From assembly GCA_050951325.1 (NCBI GenBank), contig JBMNIW010000012.1, positions 128,001 to 192,000 on the forward strand: a DNA stretch of 64,000 nt, read 5' to 3'. Of this stretch, positions 10,655 through 20,745 are shown piece by piece (the first letter of the stretch is position 1; each line of letters starts with the position of its first letter). Position numbers and translations under genes: made by a program. The DNA is from Clostridia bacterium (GTDB lineage: Bacteria > Bacillota > Clostridia > UBA1212 > DUPL01). Under the pieces are notes generated by a model that was not told the DNA's origin, did no database searches, and saw only the letters and a list, made by a program, of their open reading frames with translations.

Positions 10655-11980
10655 CTACCCTGTTTTGGATGCGCTTCCTTTATATGGTATTACCACATGG
10701 AGCGTAAATACGCTGTTCTGAAACTCCACATTCATGAATCCACCAAGCTCCTGCACCGCATCCCGTATAATACTAAGACCCAAACCATGCATGCTCTTGT
10801 TATCTTTGAGTGACTCGAACTGGTCTGTGAGCGTCTTTTTAACTCTGTCCGCAGAGTTTTCAATTAGAATGACTATGTTGTTCTCAATCCTCTGAAAACT
10901 TATAAATATGAATTTCTCCAGCGTCTCATCCTTGATACGCATGCATGCCTCGATAGCGTTGTCAATGGCATTGCCAAGAATACGACAGACATTGTACGGA
11001 GATATGTATATATTGTCTATTATGTTGCTGGTCTTTACTACGTATCTAATATCATTCTCCTTGGCAAGCAGACCCTTTATGTTAATAATTGCGTCTATGG
11101 CAGGATTCTTCGTGTAAATCATAGAAGCATCCTCTATTTCAGCTTCAAAGTCTTCTATGTATTTGTGCAGAAGCCTGATTTCATTGTTTTTTATTAAGCT
11201 TTTGATCATGACTATATGGTTTTTAAAGTCATGCCTCATTTTCCTCATTTCATCGTAGGAGAATCCCAATTGCTTGTAGTTCTCGTTTTCCTTTTCTATA
11301 AGGCTTTCTAACACTGTTACTTTTACGTTGGTTGTGTAGGAGTCAATAAAGGCAAATATGCTGAAGTTCATGTAAAGAAGACAAATAATTGAGATGCCTA
11401 AGTAAAGGGCATATTTATCCATGGAATAAATAATTGACCAGTACACTGTGTTGAGCATGATGACACTGGCCAATGGAACAGTTATTATTATCACCCAGTA
11501 GTATAGAGGGATGTGGCTGAATCTTCTGTTGACAATGTTAGCATTTGTCAAGCACAGCCAGAACAGAATTGTTCGGGTTGTGGTAATGTATATTAATTGG
11601 TAGGAGATGTCGTTTAGGTACAGAGGGTTTATCAGGAACATGTTTTGGAATTGAAGGATTATAAGTTCCGCTATTAGAATATAAAGTATGTATGCAACTA
11701 TTGTAAGGAGCTTGTCTATAGTGTCTCCTTTGAAAACTATGGCTAGAAATGCGTAGGCAAGAACAAAGGAAAGGATAATGTTGAGTGCAAAAGTGGGGAT
11801 GAAGTAAAAAAAGACAACACGAACAAGCAGTGTCAGAAGGGCTAATGTGTACTTCAGGCACCTTGCATATTTTCTTTCTTTGAGTGGAAACATCCTGGAG
11901 TAGAACACAAACACGATGATACATATTTCCACAAACGCATTTATTGTGGTTCCTACCAGACTTTGATACTGACCAAACAT
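10655..11980 (-). CDS. AgrC/VirS-like GHKL sensor histidine kinase
   Basis: About 6 TM segments; RKMRHDFKNH H-box; ILGNAIDNAIEA N-box; HGLGL G-box. Confidence 0.92.
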   Translation of the reverse strand: MFGQYQSLVGTTINAFVEICIIVFVFYSRMFPLKERKYARCLKYTLALLTLLVRVVFFYFIPTFALNIILSFVLAYAFLAIVFKGDTIDKLLTIVAYILYILIAELIILQFQNMFLINPLYLNDISYQLIYITTTRTILFWLCLTNANIVNRRFSHIPLYYWVIIITVPLASVIMLNTVYWSIIYSMDKYALYLGISIICLLYMNFSIFAFIDSYTTNVKVTVLESLIEKENENYKQLGFSYDEMRKMRHDFKNHIVMIKSLIKNNEIRLLHKYIEDFEAEIEDASMIYTKNPAIDAIINIKGLLAKENDIRYVVKTSNIIDNIYISPYNVCRILGNAIDNAIEACMRIKDETLEKFIFISFQRIENNIVILIENSADRVKKTLTDQFESLKDNKSMHGLGLSIIRDAVQELGGFMNVEFQNSVFTLHVVIPYKGSASKTG

Positions 11981-12014
11981 TTCACTTCATACCTTACTAA
12001 TTTATTTCTTCTTG

Positions 12015-12725
12015 TTACAAACTTGCCAGATAACTTACATACGCAGTTTCTACTTCTCTTTTCAGAACTCTGCTCAAGGGAATGGATTGTCCTGTTTTCA
12101 ACACCACACTGTTAACATGAATGCTCTCAATGAACGACATGTTTACAACATAGCTTTGATGGGTTTTTACAAATCCGAACCCCTCAAGTCTTGACAGCAT
12201 ATTGTTTAGGGTTGAGTAGAATTGATAGGTTTTGCCAGACGCAGTATGTACATAAATGACTCTTTTCATGACTTCGAGATAAATTATTGAGCTTATTTTT
12301 ATAGTTATCCTGACACCTTTGATATTTGCGACGAGACATTTCTGCTTTCTGTAGTATTCATTGACTATGCTCTGCACCTGCCTTTTTATCATGCTTTCCG
12401 GCTCCTCCTTCAAGATATACCGGAAGGCACTTACCTCATAACCTTTCGTCGCAAATTCACTGTAGTTTGTCAAGAATGCAATTATGACCGATTTGTCTTT
12501 TTCACGAAGCCTTTGGGCCACTTCTATTCCATTTATACCAGGCATTTCAATATCAAGAAAAACAATATCATAGGTTTTATCATTGATAGACTCAAGCAAC
12601 TTTTGTCCAGAGAGAAATATATCGATATTAAGAGCGCGTCTTGGTCCTACGATTTCCCGTATGTAGTTTTCAGCTAGTTTACTATAATTAATATTGTCAT
12701 CACATATTGCTACATTCATCACCAT
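12015..12725 (-). CDS. LytTR-family response regulator
   Basis: REC domain (AICDD, FLDIEMP, RYILK) plus LytTR domain (FVKTHQSYVVN, IPLSR). Confidence 0.93.
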   Translation of the reverse strand: MVMNVAICDDNINYSKLAENYIREIVGPRRALNIDIFLSGQKLLESINDKTYDIVFLDIEMPGINGIEVAQRLREKDKSVIIAFLTNYSEFATKGYEVSAFRYILKEEPESMIKRQVQSIVNEYYRKQKCLVANIKGVRITIKISSIIYLEVMKRVIYVHTASGKTYQFYSTLNNMLSRLEGFGFVKTHQSYVVNMSFIESIHVNSVVLKTGQSIPLSRVLKREVETAYVSYLASL

Positions 12726-12892
12726 CTCCCCTTGTCCATTGAATTGCCTATGTTGTTTTTTGTACTGTGCAATATTCTATCATACTTTATAAAATTTTAA
12801 AATACGGCAGCCATATTGGAATTTTATTGTATTTATTGTTTTTTAAACAGAAAAGCTGTATAGTATAGAAAAAACCAAGAAAGGGAATTTAA

Positions 12893-13606
12893 ATGTCAAG
12901 AGTTGTTCTGATAACAGGTGCATCAAGAGGTATAGGCAGGGCTATGGCCATCAAGTTTGCCGAATCGGGATGGCTTGTGGCTGCCAATTACAACAAGAGT
13001 GAAGACAGGGCACTGCAACTAAAGAGAATGTCTGACAACATATATATTTGCAAGGCAGATGTTTCGAATAGAAATGAAGTTAATAATATGATTGAAAATA
13101 TCAGAAGAGAGCTTGGACCAATTTGTGTGTTGATCAACAATGCGGCAGTGTCCAGCATTAAAATGTTTTCAGACATAACGGAAGAGGAATGGGATTATAC
13201 TTTTGATGTTAATATTAAAGGTGTATATAATTGTACCCAGGAAGTCCTCCCTGACATGATCAGGAAGAAATCCGGGAGCATTATAAACATTTCATCCATG
13301 TGGGGTCAGGTTGGCGCATCCTGCGAGGTCCATTACTCGGCAGCGAAAGCTGCAATTATAGGCTTTACTAAAGCATTGGCAAAGGAGCTGGGGCCCTCAT
13401 TTGTTAGAGTAAACTGTATAGCTCCTGGAGTCGTTTCAACAGAGATGAACATGGATGTTGATTTAAGCGCTTTGAGAGAAGAAACACCATTAGGAAGATT
13501 AGGTACTGCTTCAGAGGTTGCTGAATGCGCATATTTTCTTGCCTCTGACAATTCTTCCTTTATTACAGGACAAGTTATTGGTGTAAACGGTGGACTCGTA
13601 GTATAA
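12893..13606 (+). CDS. FabG-like SDR (YmfI-like subgroup)
   Basis: TGASRGIG, NNAA, ISSMWGQVGASCEVHYSAAK. Confidence 0.85.
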   Translation: MSRVVLITGASRGIGRAMAIKFAESGWLVAANYNKSEDRALQLKRMSDNIYICKADVSNRNEVNNMIENIRRELGPICVLINNAAVSSIKMFSDITEEEWDYTFDVNIKGVYNCTQEVLPDMIRKKSGSIINISSMWGQVGASCEVHYSAAKAAIIGFTKALAKELGPSFVRVNCIAPGVVSTEMNMDVDLSALREETPLGRLGTASEVAECAYFLASDNSSFITGQVIGVNGGLVV

Positions 13607-13701
13607 TTTACTTGTGCTTTTCCAAATTTTTTGTTATTTTAACACTTGACGTTTTTTATATTTATGGTACAATGATAAAGCTAACAGATAGCACCTTTTG
13701 T

Positions 13702-13793
13702 GGAGAAGTACCCAAGCAGGTCGAAGGGGACGGTTTGCTAAACCGTTAGGTCAGGTAACTGGCGCAAGAGTTCGAATCTCTTCTTCTCCGCCA
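13702..13793 (+). tRNA. tRNA-Ser (anticodon GCT)
   Basis: Acceptor stem GGAGAAG/CTTCTCC, G discriminator and encoded CCA. Anticodon arm ACGGT-TTGCTAA-ACCGT, long variable arm, GTTCGAATC T-loop. TTGACG...TACAAT promoter upstream. Confidence 0.97.
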
Positions 13794-13796
13794 TTC

Positions 13797-13830
13797 GTCT
13801 GGGATTTAAAAAATCATCCCAGACTTTTTT
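13797..13830 (+). terminator. Intrinsic terminator of tRNA-Ser
   Basis: GTCTGGGAT...ATCCCAGAC followed by T6. Confidence 0.8.
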
Positions 13831-13862
13831 ATTACTAAATCATCCCAGACTTTTTTATTACT
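13811..13862. repeat. Exact 26-bp tandem duplication
   Basis: AAATCATCCCAGACTTTTTTATTACT at 13811-13836 and 13837-13862. Confidence 0.9.
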
Positions 13863-13941
13863 TTTTTACAATTTGACACTTGTTTTCATTTTAGGTACGA
13901 TTGTACAGTTGTAGTTTTTTGTTTTGAGGTGTGACATTAAT

Positions 13942-15211
13942 TTGCGGTCCATAGATTTGACAACAGGAAGTCCAACGAAAAAAATAATTGCCTTTTCGAT
14001 TCCCATATTTATTGGAAATTTGTTTCAGCAAATTTATAGTGTGTCAGACATGTTTGTGGTAGGAAGATTTTTAGGCAAAGACGCTCTTGCAGCAGTCGGT
14101 GCATGCTCTGCAGTAATAATTTTTCTAACATCAATCATCATAGGCTTATGTATGGGAAGCGGAGTATATTTTTCCGATTTGTACGGAGGAAAGGATTACG
14201 ACAAACTATCCTGCGCAATTCCTGCGTCCTTTGTTTTTATCTTTACATTGACCATGGGAATCATGGCGGCAACAATTGTATTTATAAATCCTTTGATGCG
14301 TTTGTTCAACATACCAAATGAAGTCATCGGACTTGCCAGAACCTATCTGCTGATTACAATCTCAGGCATGCCCTTTGCGTTATTATATAACATGGCAACG
14401 GTGATATTGCGTGCCTTCGGGGACAGCAAGACACCATTGATTGCCTTGATTACTGCATCCACCATTAATGTGGCGTTTGATTTTCTTTTGGTAGTCGTGT
14501 GGCCGTTAGGGGTAAAAGGACCTGCCATATCGACATTGGCAGCTCAGATTCTTTCGGGTATTCCTCTTGCGATATACTCCCTAAAGAAAATGAATTTTCT
14601 CAATCTGCGGCTTGTTTTTGAAAAAGCTTTGTTTAATAATGAACTTTGGAATCCTTTTGGTTCAAGGACTAGTTAATTCTTTCGGGGTTGTCACAATGGC
14701 CGCATTTGCCATTGGCGTGAAAATCGATACATTTGCATACATGCCTGCACAGGAGTTTGGTAATGCCTTTGCAACATACGTAGCACAAAACAAAGGAGCA
14801 AACAAAATTGGCCGTATACGAAAAGGATTCCGTTCGGCAATTGTTTGCTCAACAGTTTTTAGTCTTCCCATATCTGCTTTGATATATGTTTTTGCTCCCA
14901 ATTTGGTGGCATTTTTCTCCGACTCGGACCATTATGTTATAGTACAAGGGGCAAAGTATCTTAGAACAGAAGGCCTCTTCTATATACTGATAGGTTACCT
15001 GTTTATACACTATGGCTTTTACAGGGGTCTTGGACGCTTCAATACTTCAATTTTCCTTACTATTATCTCCCTTGGCACAAGGGTTTTACTGTCATATTTT
15101 TTGGTCTGGGTAGGATTTGGGGTGACCAGCATATGGTGGAGCATTGTCATAGGGTGGGCAATTGCAGACTTTTTTGGTTTATTATTTTATCGAAAAACCT
15201 TTACAAGTTAA
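13942..15211 (+). CDS. MATE family efflux transporter; frameshift and probable short deletion near 14630
   Basis: DLTTGSP, GNLFQQIYSVSDMFVVGRFLG, GDSKTP; second half IMNFGILLVQGLVNSFG...AQNKGA is in another frame. Confidence 0.85.
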
Positions 15212-15212
15212 T

Positions 15213-15449
15213 TTACATATACAAGTATTTTCCCTTGTTGTTTGCTACTTCTTCCACTATATCCTTGCCTGAAGAAAACGAATCGAAAGTTCCCTTGTTT
15301 ATTTCATCTATAACCAGGTTAAGAAGTTTCTCGTAGTACGCTTCCGGATGCATCTCCGTTGTGGACCGTGTAATGTGGTCCCTGTTTTCCATGGAAGCCA
15401 AAACCTGATAACGCTCCTTAACTTGCTGAATTAGCTGTTCCCTGTTCAT
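15213..15449 (-). CDS. Small hypothetical protein
   Basis: 78-aa ORF with RBS CAGGTG and protein-like composition. Confidence 0.65.
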   Translation of the reverse strand: MNREQLIQQVKERYQVLASMENRDHITRSTTEMHPEAYYEKLLNLVIDEINKGTFDSFSSGKDIVEEVANNKGKYLYM

Positions 15450-15496
15450 GGTTTCACCTGCAATCTTTCTTTTTCTTTAGCTTCTCCTCGGTACAA

Positions 15497-16015
15497 TTAT
15501 TTATTCTCAAAAACCAGTTTGGCAGATGTTTCAAAATCAAGGCTCATTTTATGTAGTTTGATATTTGTGTTCAACTTCTTTTTTATAACATCTGTAATTG
15601 TTTTCATGTTGTAACTGGCTATGGCTGCGTAATAAAGATTCCATAAATCCTTTGAGTCGTATTCAGCCTTTATGATTCTAATACCTTCGTACGGCTTGAT
15701 CGCCTCGTTCGCTTTTTTTACCACCTTTTCACTAATATCTTCAATCTCAATCTCTATTGGAAAGTTTCTTTCCTTATTTTCTTGTTTGATGTAGTACAGA
15801 TATTTGCATTCCTTTTCAATGCACTGATGCTGTTTTATTTGCTTTTCAGTCAAATAACCCGGGTGATGAGAGGATGCACAATATCCTTTTACTTTGCTTC
15901 GACTTGATACTTTATTGTCAATTAGTCGACAGCGCCTGGGATCTCCTGTTTCTTCTAAAAAGCATTGAAAACCCTCCTCGTCTCTCGGGAACGCTGAAAT
16001 CAACATTTTTATCAC
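15497..16015 (-). CDS. Hypothetical protein with a Cys/His cluster
   Basis: 172 aa; GYCASSHHPGYLT...HQCIEKECKY. Confidence 0.65.
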   Translation of the reverse strand: MIKMLISAFPRDEEGFQCFLEETGDPRRCRLIDNKVSSRSKVKGYCASSHHPGYLTEKQIKQHQCIEKECKYLYYIKQENKERNFPIEIEIEDISEKVVKKANEAIKPYEGIRIIKAEYDSKDLWNLYYAAIASYNMKTITDVIKKKLNTNIKLHKMSLDFETSAKLVFENK

Positions 16016-16027
16016 CTGTTCTCATTT

Positions 16028-17473
16028 TTATTTATCTTTTAAAATCATTCTTATTCTTTTAAACAGAATCATTAGTACTGCAGAGGACACAATAGCGATA
16101 CCAACAAAGGATTTTTGATGGTTATTGACTTCACGCACCTGTGCCATTGTTTGGAGATTGGCATAACTTTTTGCAAACCCAAAAATGTCGTGAAGAATTG
16201 CTTTATCATTTTCATGGTCATAAATATATGCTCTTACCAATAATTCTTTCTCACTTACAGTTATTACTGTGAACATCGAGTTATATAAATTGTTGCAGAC
16301 CTCAAAGTATCCATCAAACCTTTCCGGCACCTGGCAAGAGTAGAATTTTGTTCCGGAAGAGCCGCCTGTGAGGTACGTAGTGCCCTTTTGATTGACTACA
16401 GATAGATAATTCCTGTTTTCGTATTTCTTTTCAACATATATCCTATTAACATACACTCGGCCATCCAAAATGCTTTTTGATCTTGAGTAGACATGATCGT
16501 GTCCTTGCAATACTAGCTCAACATTATACTTGGTAAATATGGGTTCCAATTGTTTGCGCAGGCCGTCAAACCATTCAATGGAATAATTGGAATGCGGTCC
16601 TGTACTGTATAACGGCCAGTGAAGACCAACAATCTTCCATATTTTATCGGTACCTTCCAGATCCTTTTCCAGCCATTTTATCTGCTTTTCACTTAAGTTA
16701 AAATTGTTATCAACGTCCGTTATGTCCAACATTACAAAATGAGCATTTGCATAGTCAAAGGAATAGAAATACCCTTTTTCAACACTTTGATTCTCAGGAA
16801 GTTTTTTATGGAAGTGAATGTATAACTCCGCTCCGTTGTCTTCATGGTAGTTTCCCGAGATGGAGTTAATCAATGTGTGGGCGGTATACCTTCTATTATC
16901 ATGAAGCATGGCTTTCCACTCATCTTCCACAAGACCGTTTTCAACCATGTCACCCGTATGAAGTATGAAACGTATTTCAGGATACATGGAAAAAGCCTTT
17001 CCCAACACCTGCCCAAAACGCTTTGGAGCTTTCTGGCTGTCGGTTACATAGAGAAATGTAAACACAACTTTTTCGTCTTGCTGCGGTGCGGTCCTAAAAG
17101 AGCATGTCTCGCTCCAAATGTTCCTTTTAGCATCTCCCACTCTAAAGATATATTCAGTATCATATTCAAGACCTGATACAACCGCCTTGTATATGTGGTC
17201 TTTCTCAAGAGAACCATGGTTGTCAATTGTAGCATCAAACACCAATGGATTTTTAAATACATCTTTACCTGCAGTTTTTTTCGCAAACTGAACCTGTGGT
17301 TTTTCATACTTATCCAGAGACCTGTAAGTTATGCCGTATTCTGTCGCATCCTGGTTGTACATGGTTGCGGTTATTGTATGTGGGAGCGACATATCTTCGG
17401 CATTCGCCGGACAAAAGCCAGATATATTTGCTGCTATCAATATTGCGGTTAAGATCTTCTGAAATTTATGCAT
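16028..17473 (-). CDS. Purple acid phosphatase-family metallophosphoesterase, surface anchored
   Basis: Signal peptide; FN3-like N-domain; TDSQ, HTGDMVE, GNYHE, HWPLYS and QGHDHVYSR motifs; C-terminal TM helix. Confidence 0.88.
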   Translation of the reverse strand: MHKFQKILTAILIAANISGFCPANAEDMSLPHTITATMYNQDATEYGITYRSLDKYEKPQVQFAKKTAGKDVFKNPLVFDATIDNHGSLEKDHIYKAVVSGLEYDTEYIFRVGDAKRNIWSETCSFRTAPQQDEKVVFTFLYVTDSQKAPKRFGQVLGKAFSMYPEIRFILHTGDMVENGLVEDEWKAMLHDNRRYTAHTLINSISGNYHEDNGAELYIHFHKKLPENQSVEKGYFYSFDYANAHFVMLDITDVDNNFNLSEKQIKWLEKDLEGTDKIWKIVGLHWPLYSTGPHSNYSIEWFDGLRKQLEPIFTKYNVELVLQGHDHVYSRSKSILDGRVYVNRIYVEKKYENRNYLSVVNQKGTTYLTGGSSGTKFYSCQVPERFDGYFEVCNNLYNSMFTVITVSEKELLVRAYIYDHENDKAILHDIFGFAKSYANLQTMAQVREVNNHQKSFVGIAIVSSAVLMILFKRIRMILKDK

Positions 17474-17562
17474 GATTTACCCCCGCTAATAGCTTTTGTT
17501 CCAGGTAGGAGTTATATACTTCTATTATATAGGGGATTTGTGGCAAAGAAAAGACAAGGGGT

Positions 17563-17931
17563 TTACTTTTCCCGCCCCTTGATTGCAAGCAAATGTATGG
17601 ACACTGCTGTCCCAATAACTGCTATGATTACTCGGACCAATAATTTATCTATAAAAAACATGGACAGTACAAGGGTGGTCCACAGAAAAATTAGCGCTGT
17701 TACTCTTGTCTTTTTGCTTATGCCGGTTTTTTCTCTGTAGTTCTTAATAAACTCACCAAAATACGGACTGTTAATAAGTTTGTTGTATAGTGTGGGACTT
17801 GATGCAGCAAAGCATGCTGATGCCACCAACACAAAGGGAGTGGTTGGAAGGACTGGCAAAACAAGCCCAAGTCCTCCAAGTCCTACGAATATACAACCTA
17901 TTGTAATCAATACAATTTTTTTCAAGCCCAT
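17563..17931 (-). CDS. YbaN (DUF454) membrane protein
   Basis: LPVLPTTPFVLVASACFAASS signature. Confidence 0.9.
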   Translation of the reverse strand: MGLKKIVLITIGCIFVGLGGLGLVLPVLPTTPFVLVASACFAASSPTLYNKLINSPYFGEFIKNYREKTGISKKTRVTALIFLWTTLVLSMFFIDKLLVRVIIAVIGTAVSIHLLAIKGREK

Positions 17932-17954
17932 TTAAATATCATTCCTGCTGCATA

Positions 17955-19214
17955 TCAAGCCATGTTGATTTTCACGATTTCTCTGTCTTCCATGGCCTTA
18001 TCAGCAGCATAAACACAGAGGTAACCAGCTATGGTATCATCAATAACCGGTGCGGAGGATGATGTTTTTTCATTCCTTATATATGCATTAAAGTCGGCTA
18101 TGAGACCTTCATCTCCGCCGTGATGGGCTTTAAATACATTCGCATCGGTTAAATCATATTCAGTCACTTCATGCTCCCCTGTTTTGACGATGTATTTTCT
18201 CAGGACTATCTTGCTGTGCTGAAGACATCCTTCAATCTCTCCCTGGGTTCCTTTTACAAAAAGATTTCGTACCTCAGGCATTCCGCTGGAAAGGAGTTTG
18301 AAGGTGGCCATGCTTCCATTTTCAAACTCAATCATCACCGCCTGATTGTCTACAATATTTGCATCTGTTTTATAGGCACACTTGCTTCTTTTCAAGTCAT
18401 TCCTGAGATTCCTTAATTCTTCTTCAACCCCTCCTTCAGGGAGTATGTCCCAAATCCTTTTTATGTTAACCGAGTTGTATCCTACAGAATATATGCAGGT
18501 CTCGGAATGTTTGCACTCAAAACAATTGTCCGCCGCTCCCTCGGGTGCTTTTTCAGGAACTATAAATCGTCTTCCCCCAAAACTTGATACATAAAGGGGC
18601 TTTGCTGTATTGTTCAGCCAGCAAATAAGGTCTATGTCATGGCAGGATTTTGCCAACAGGAAAGTCGAGCCGCATTCGTCCTTGTTCCTCCATTGCCCTC
18701 TAATGAATGAGAAATCTGTGAGCAAGACACCAGGATATTCACAAGCATCAATGTGAACAACCTCTCCAACAGCTCCTTCTTCTATCAACTCTTTAGCCTT
18801 TTTGTAAAAGGGTGTGTATCTAAGTACATGACACACAACAAGCTTGCATCCATTTTCTCTTGCCTTCTCCGCCACCTTCAAAAGGTCCCGCTTGTTGTTT
18901 GCAACAGGCTTTTCAAGAAGCATGTCGTATCCCAGTCCCAGAAATGCGATTGCTGTCTCCACATGGTACTGGTCCATCGTTGTATTTATCACACAGTCCG
19001 CAATTTTACCAAGTTTCAGAACCTCTTTATAATCTTTAAAACACATGTCTTTTGGAACATTGAATCTTTTTTGCATGAACTCCAACGCTTCATCCTTGAA
19101 ATCCACAGCTGCCACTATTTCATACGCATCTCCCAGTTCCTCAGCAGCTTTGCAATATGCGGTTGCCCTGTTGCCACATCCTAAAACGATAACCTTTATG
19201 CTATCTTTCTGCAA
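17955..19214 (-). CDS. Gfo/Idh/MocA oxidoreductase
   Basis: GCGNRA, LLEKP, CHVLRY, LAKSCHDID and HHGGD motifs. Confidence 0.9.
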   Translation of the reverse strand: MQKDSIKVIVLGCGNRATAYCKAAEELGDAYEIVAAVDFKDEALEFMQKRFNVPKDMCFKDYKEVLKLGKIADCVINTTMDQYHVETAIAFLGLGYDMLLEKPVANNKRDLLKVAEKARENGCKLVVCHVLRYTPFYKKAKELIEEGAVGEVVHIDACEYPGVLLTDFSFIRGQWRNKDECGSTFLLAKSCHDIDLICWLNNTAKPLYVSSFGGRRFIVPEKAPEGAADNCFECKHSETCIYSVGYNSVNIKRIWDILPEGGVEEELRNLRNDLKRSKCAYKTDANIVDNQAVMIEFENGSMATFKLLSSGMPEVRNLFVKGTQGEIEGCLQHSKIVLRKYIVKTGEHEVTEYDLTDANVFKAHHGGDEGLIADFNAYIRNEKTSSSAPVIDDTIAGYLCVYAADKAMEDREIVKINMA

Positions 19215-19248
19215 TTATATCCCTCCATTTTTTCTTCACTTTATCTGC

Positions 19249-20490
19249 TTAATTTATGTTTATTTCCACAACATCTTTCGGTGGTCTAGTTATCCATTTT
19301 CCATTTGTAAAGTCAGGTATGCTCATGGGTCTTCCCATATGCCTGATTGACTCTTCCGACAAGCAGCTTATACTCATCCATGAAGCTGCGTCGTATACAT
19401 CAATAGGCATTTCCTCGTTGTTAAGCGCAGCCTTTACAAATGCCTTGAATACAAATGCATCCATGCCTCCATGCCCGGAACTCAAATCTTCAGCGGTTGC
19501 TTCCTTCCAGATGGCTGGGAGATATTTGTCTTCAAACTCCACTGCATTATTCAGAAGACATCTGTAAGAGTCAGGAGTGTGCCAGAACTCTTCTTTGTGT
19601 ATTCCTTCTATAAATACTGTATTTGTATTTTGTTCGTAAAAACCTTTGGTACCTCTTACAGTAAAGTCTCTTGCATAGAACCTTGGCAGTGTAGTGTCAA
19701 GCTTCAAGAGGATGGTCTCTCCGTTGTTGCAGGTTATTAATGTGTGTACAATATCACCCTGCCTGAAATCAACTTCAAGAAGAGACTTGTCGAGTTTTCC
19801 TATGTTGTTTCTCACATAATCCCTAAGTCCTGCAGCTTTCGAGGCTACCGTGACAAGGGAAACCATCTTGTTTCCTCTGTTTATATTAAGCAGTTTTGCA
19901 ATCGGACCAAGGTCATGAGTTGGATAGTTGTCACAGTTTCTATGTATGTAATTTCTAAGACGGTAGTGCCTGTTCTCTTTTCCTGTAAGGATTTCATACC
20001 TCAAGTCATGAGCGTAGGCTCCCTGGCAATGTACAATTTCTCCGAACAGTCCTGCTCTTGCCATACTGGTGGCCAAAAGCTCCGCCTTGTCATAACAGCA
20101 GTTCTCCATGAACATGATAGGAGTTTTGGTTCTTTCATACGTTCTGACCAGGTTCCAGCAGTCATCTATGGAATATGCGCCACCTACCTCCAGTGCGGTA
20201 ATCTTGCCTGCTTCCATGGCGGCAGCTGCAATCTCAATGTGAGATTCCCATGCAGTGGATACCAATACCGCATCAACATCTGAGCGTTCCAGAACTTTTG
20301 TGTAGTCTGTGGTTTTGAAAGGTACTTTGCCCGTTGCAGCATTGACTTCTGCAGCTGCATTTTCTACCCTGTCCTCATATTCGTCACATACGGCGGTTAC
20401 TTCAACATCATCAATTTTCAAAAGCGTATGTTGTATTGCATGAAAACCTCTGTTTCCAAGCCCTATAACTCCCATCCTTAATTTATTCAT
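19249..20490 (-). CDS. GH109-like NAD-dependent glycosidase (Gfo/Idh/MocA fold)
   Basis: GLGNRG, ALEV, MENCCY, YPTHDLGP, GHGGMD and DVYDAASW motifs. Confidence 0.85.
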   Translation of the reverse strand: MNKLRMGVIGLGNRGFHAIQHTLLKIDDVEVTAVCDEYEDRVENAAAEVNAATGKVPFKTTDYTKVLERSDVDAVLVSTAWESHIEIAAAAMEAGKITALEVGGAYSIDDCWNLVRTYERTKTPIMFMENCCYDKAELLATSMARAGLFGEIVHCQGAYAHDLRYEILTGKENRHYRLRNYIHRNCDNYPTHDLGPIAKLLNINRGNKMVSLVTVASKAAGLRDYVRNNIGKLDKSLLEVDFRQGDIVHTLITCNNGETILLKLDTTLPRFYARDFTVRGTKGFYEQNTNTVFIEGIHKEEFWHTPDSYRCLLNNAVEFEDKYLPAIWKEATAEDLSSGHGGMDAFVFKAFVKAALNNEEMPIDVYDAASWMSISCLSEESIRHMGRPMSIPDFTNGKWITRPPKDVVEININ

Positions 20491-20745
20491 GACATTCTAC
20501 CTCCACAAAACATGTTTATGTACGTCATTTGTCAATTATATATACTTCAAGTACTAAAAACAATCAAAAAAATATTATGATTTTCAACTTATACTGTTTT
20601 GGAGTATAAAGTCGGTCATGGCTGGTTGTAACTGGTTGCTCGGTGCAATTATTTATACTCGGTACAAACTTTTATATTGAATTCTTCCATGAGTCTTGAT
20701 ATAGTTACTGGGAGCAATTTGTTGTATTTAAAAGGAGTATCATTT

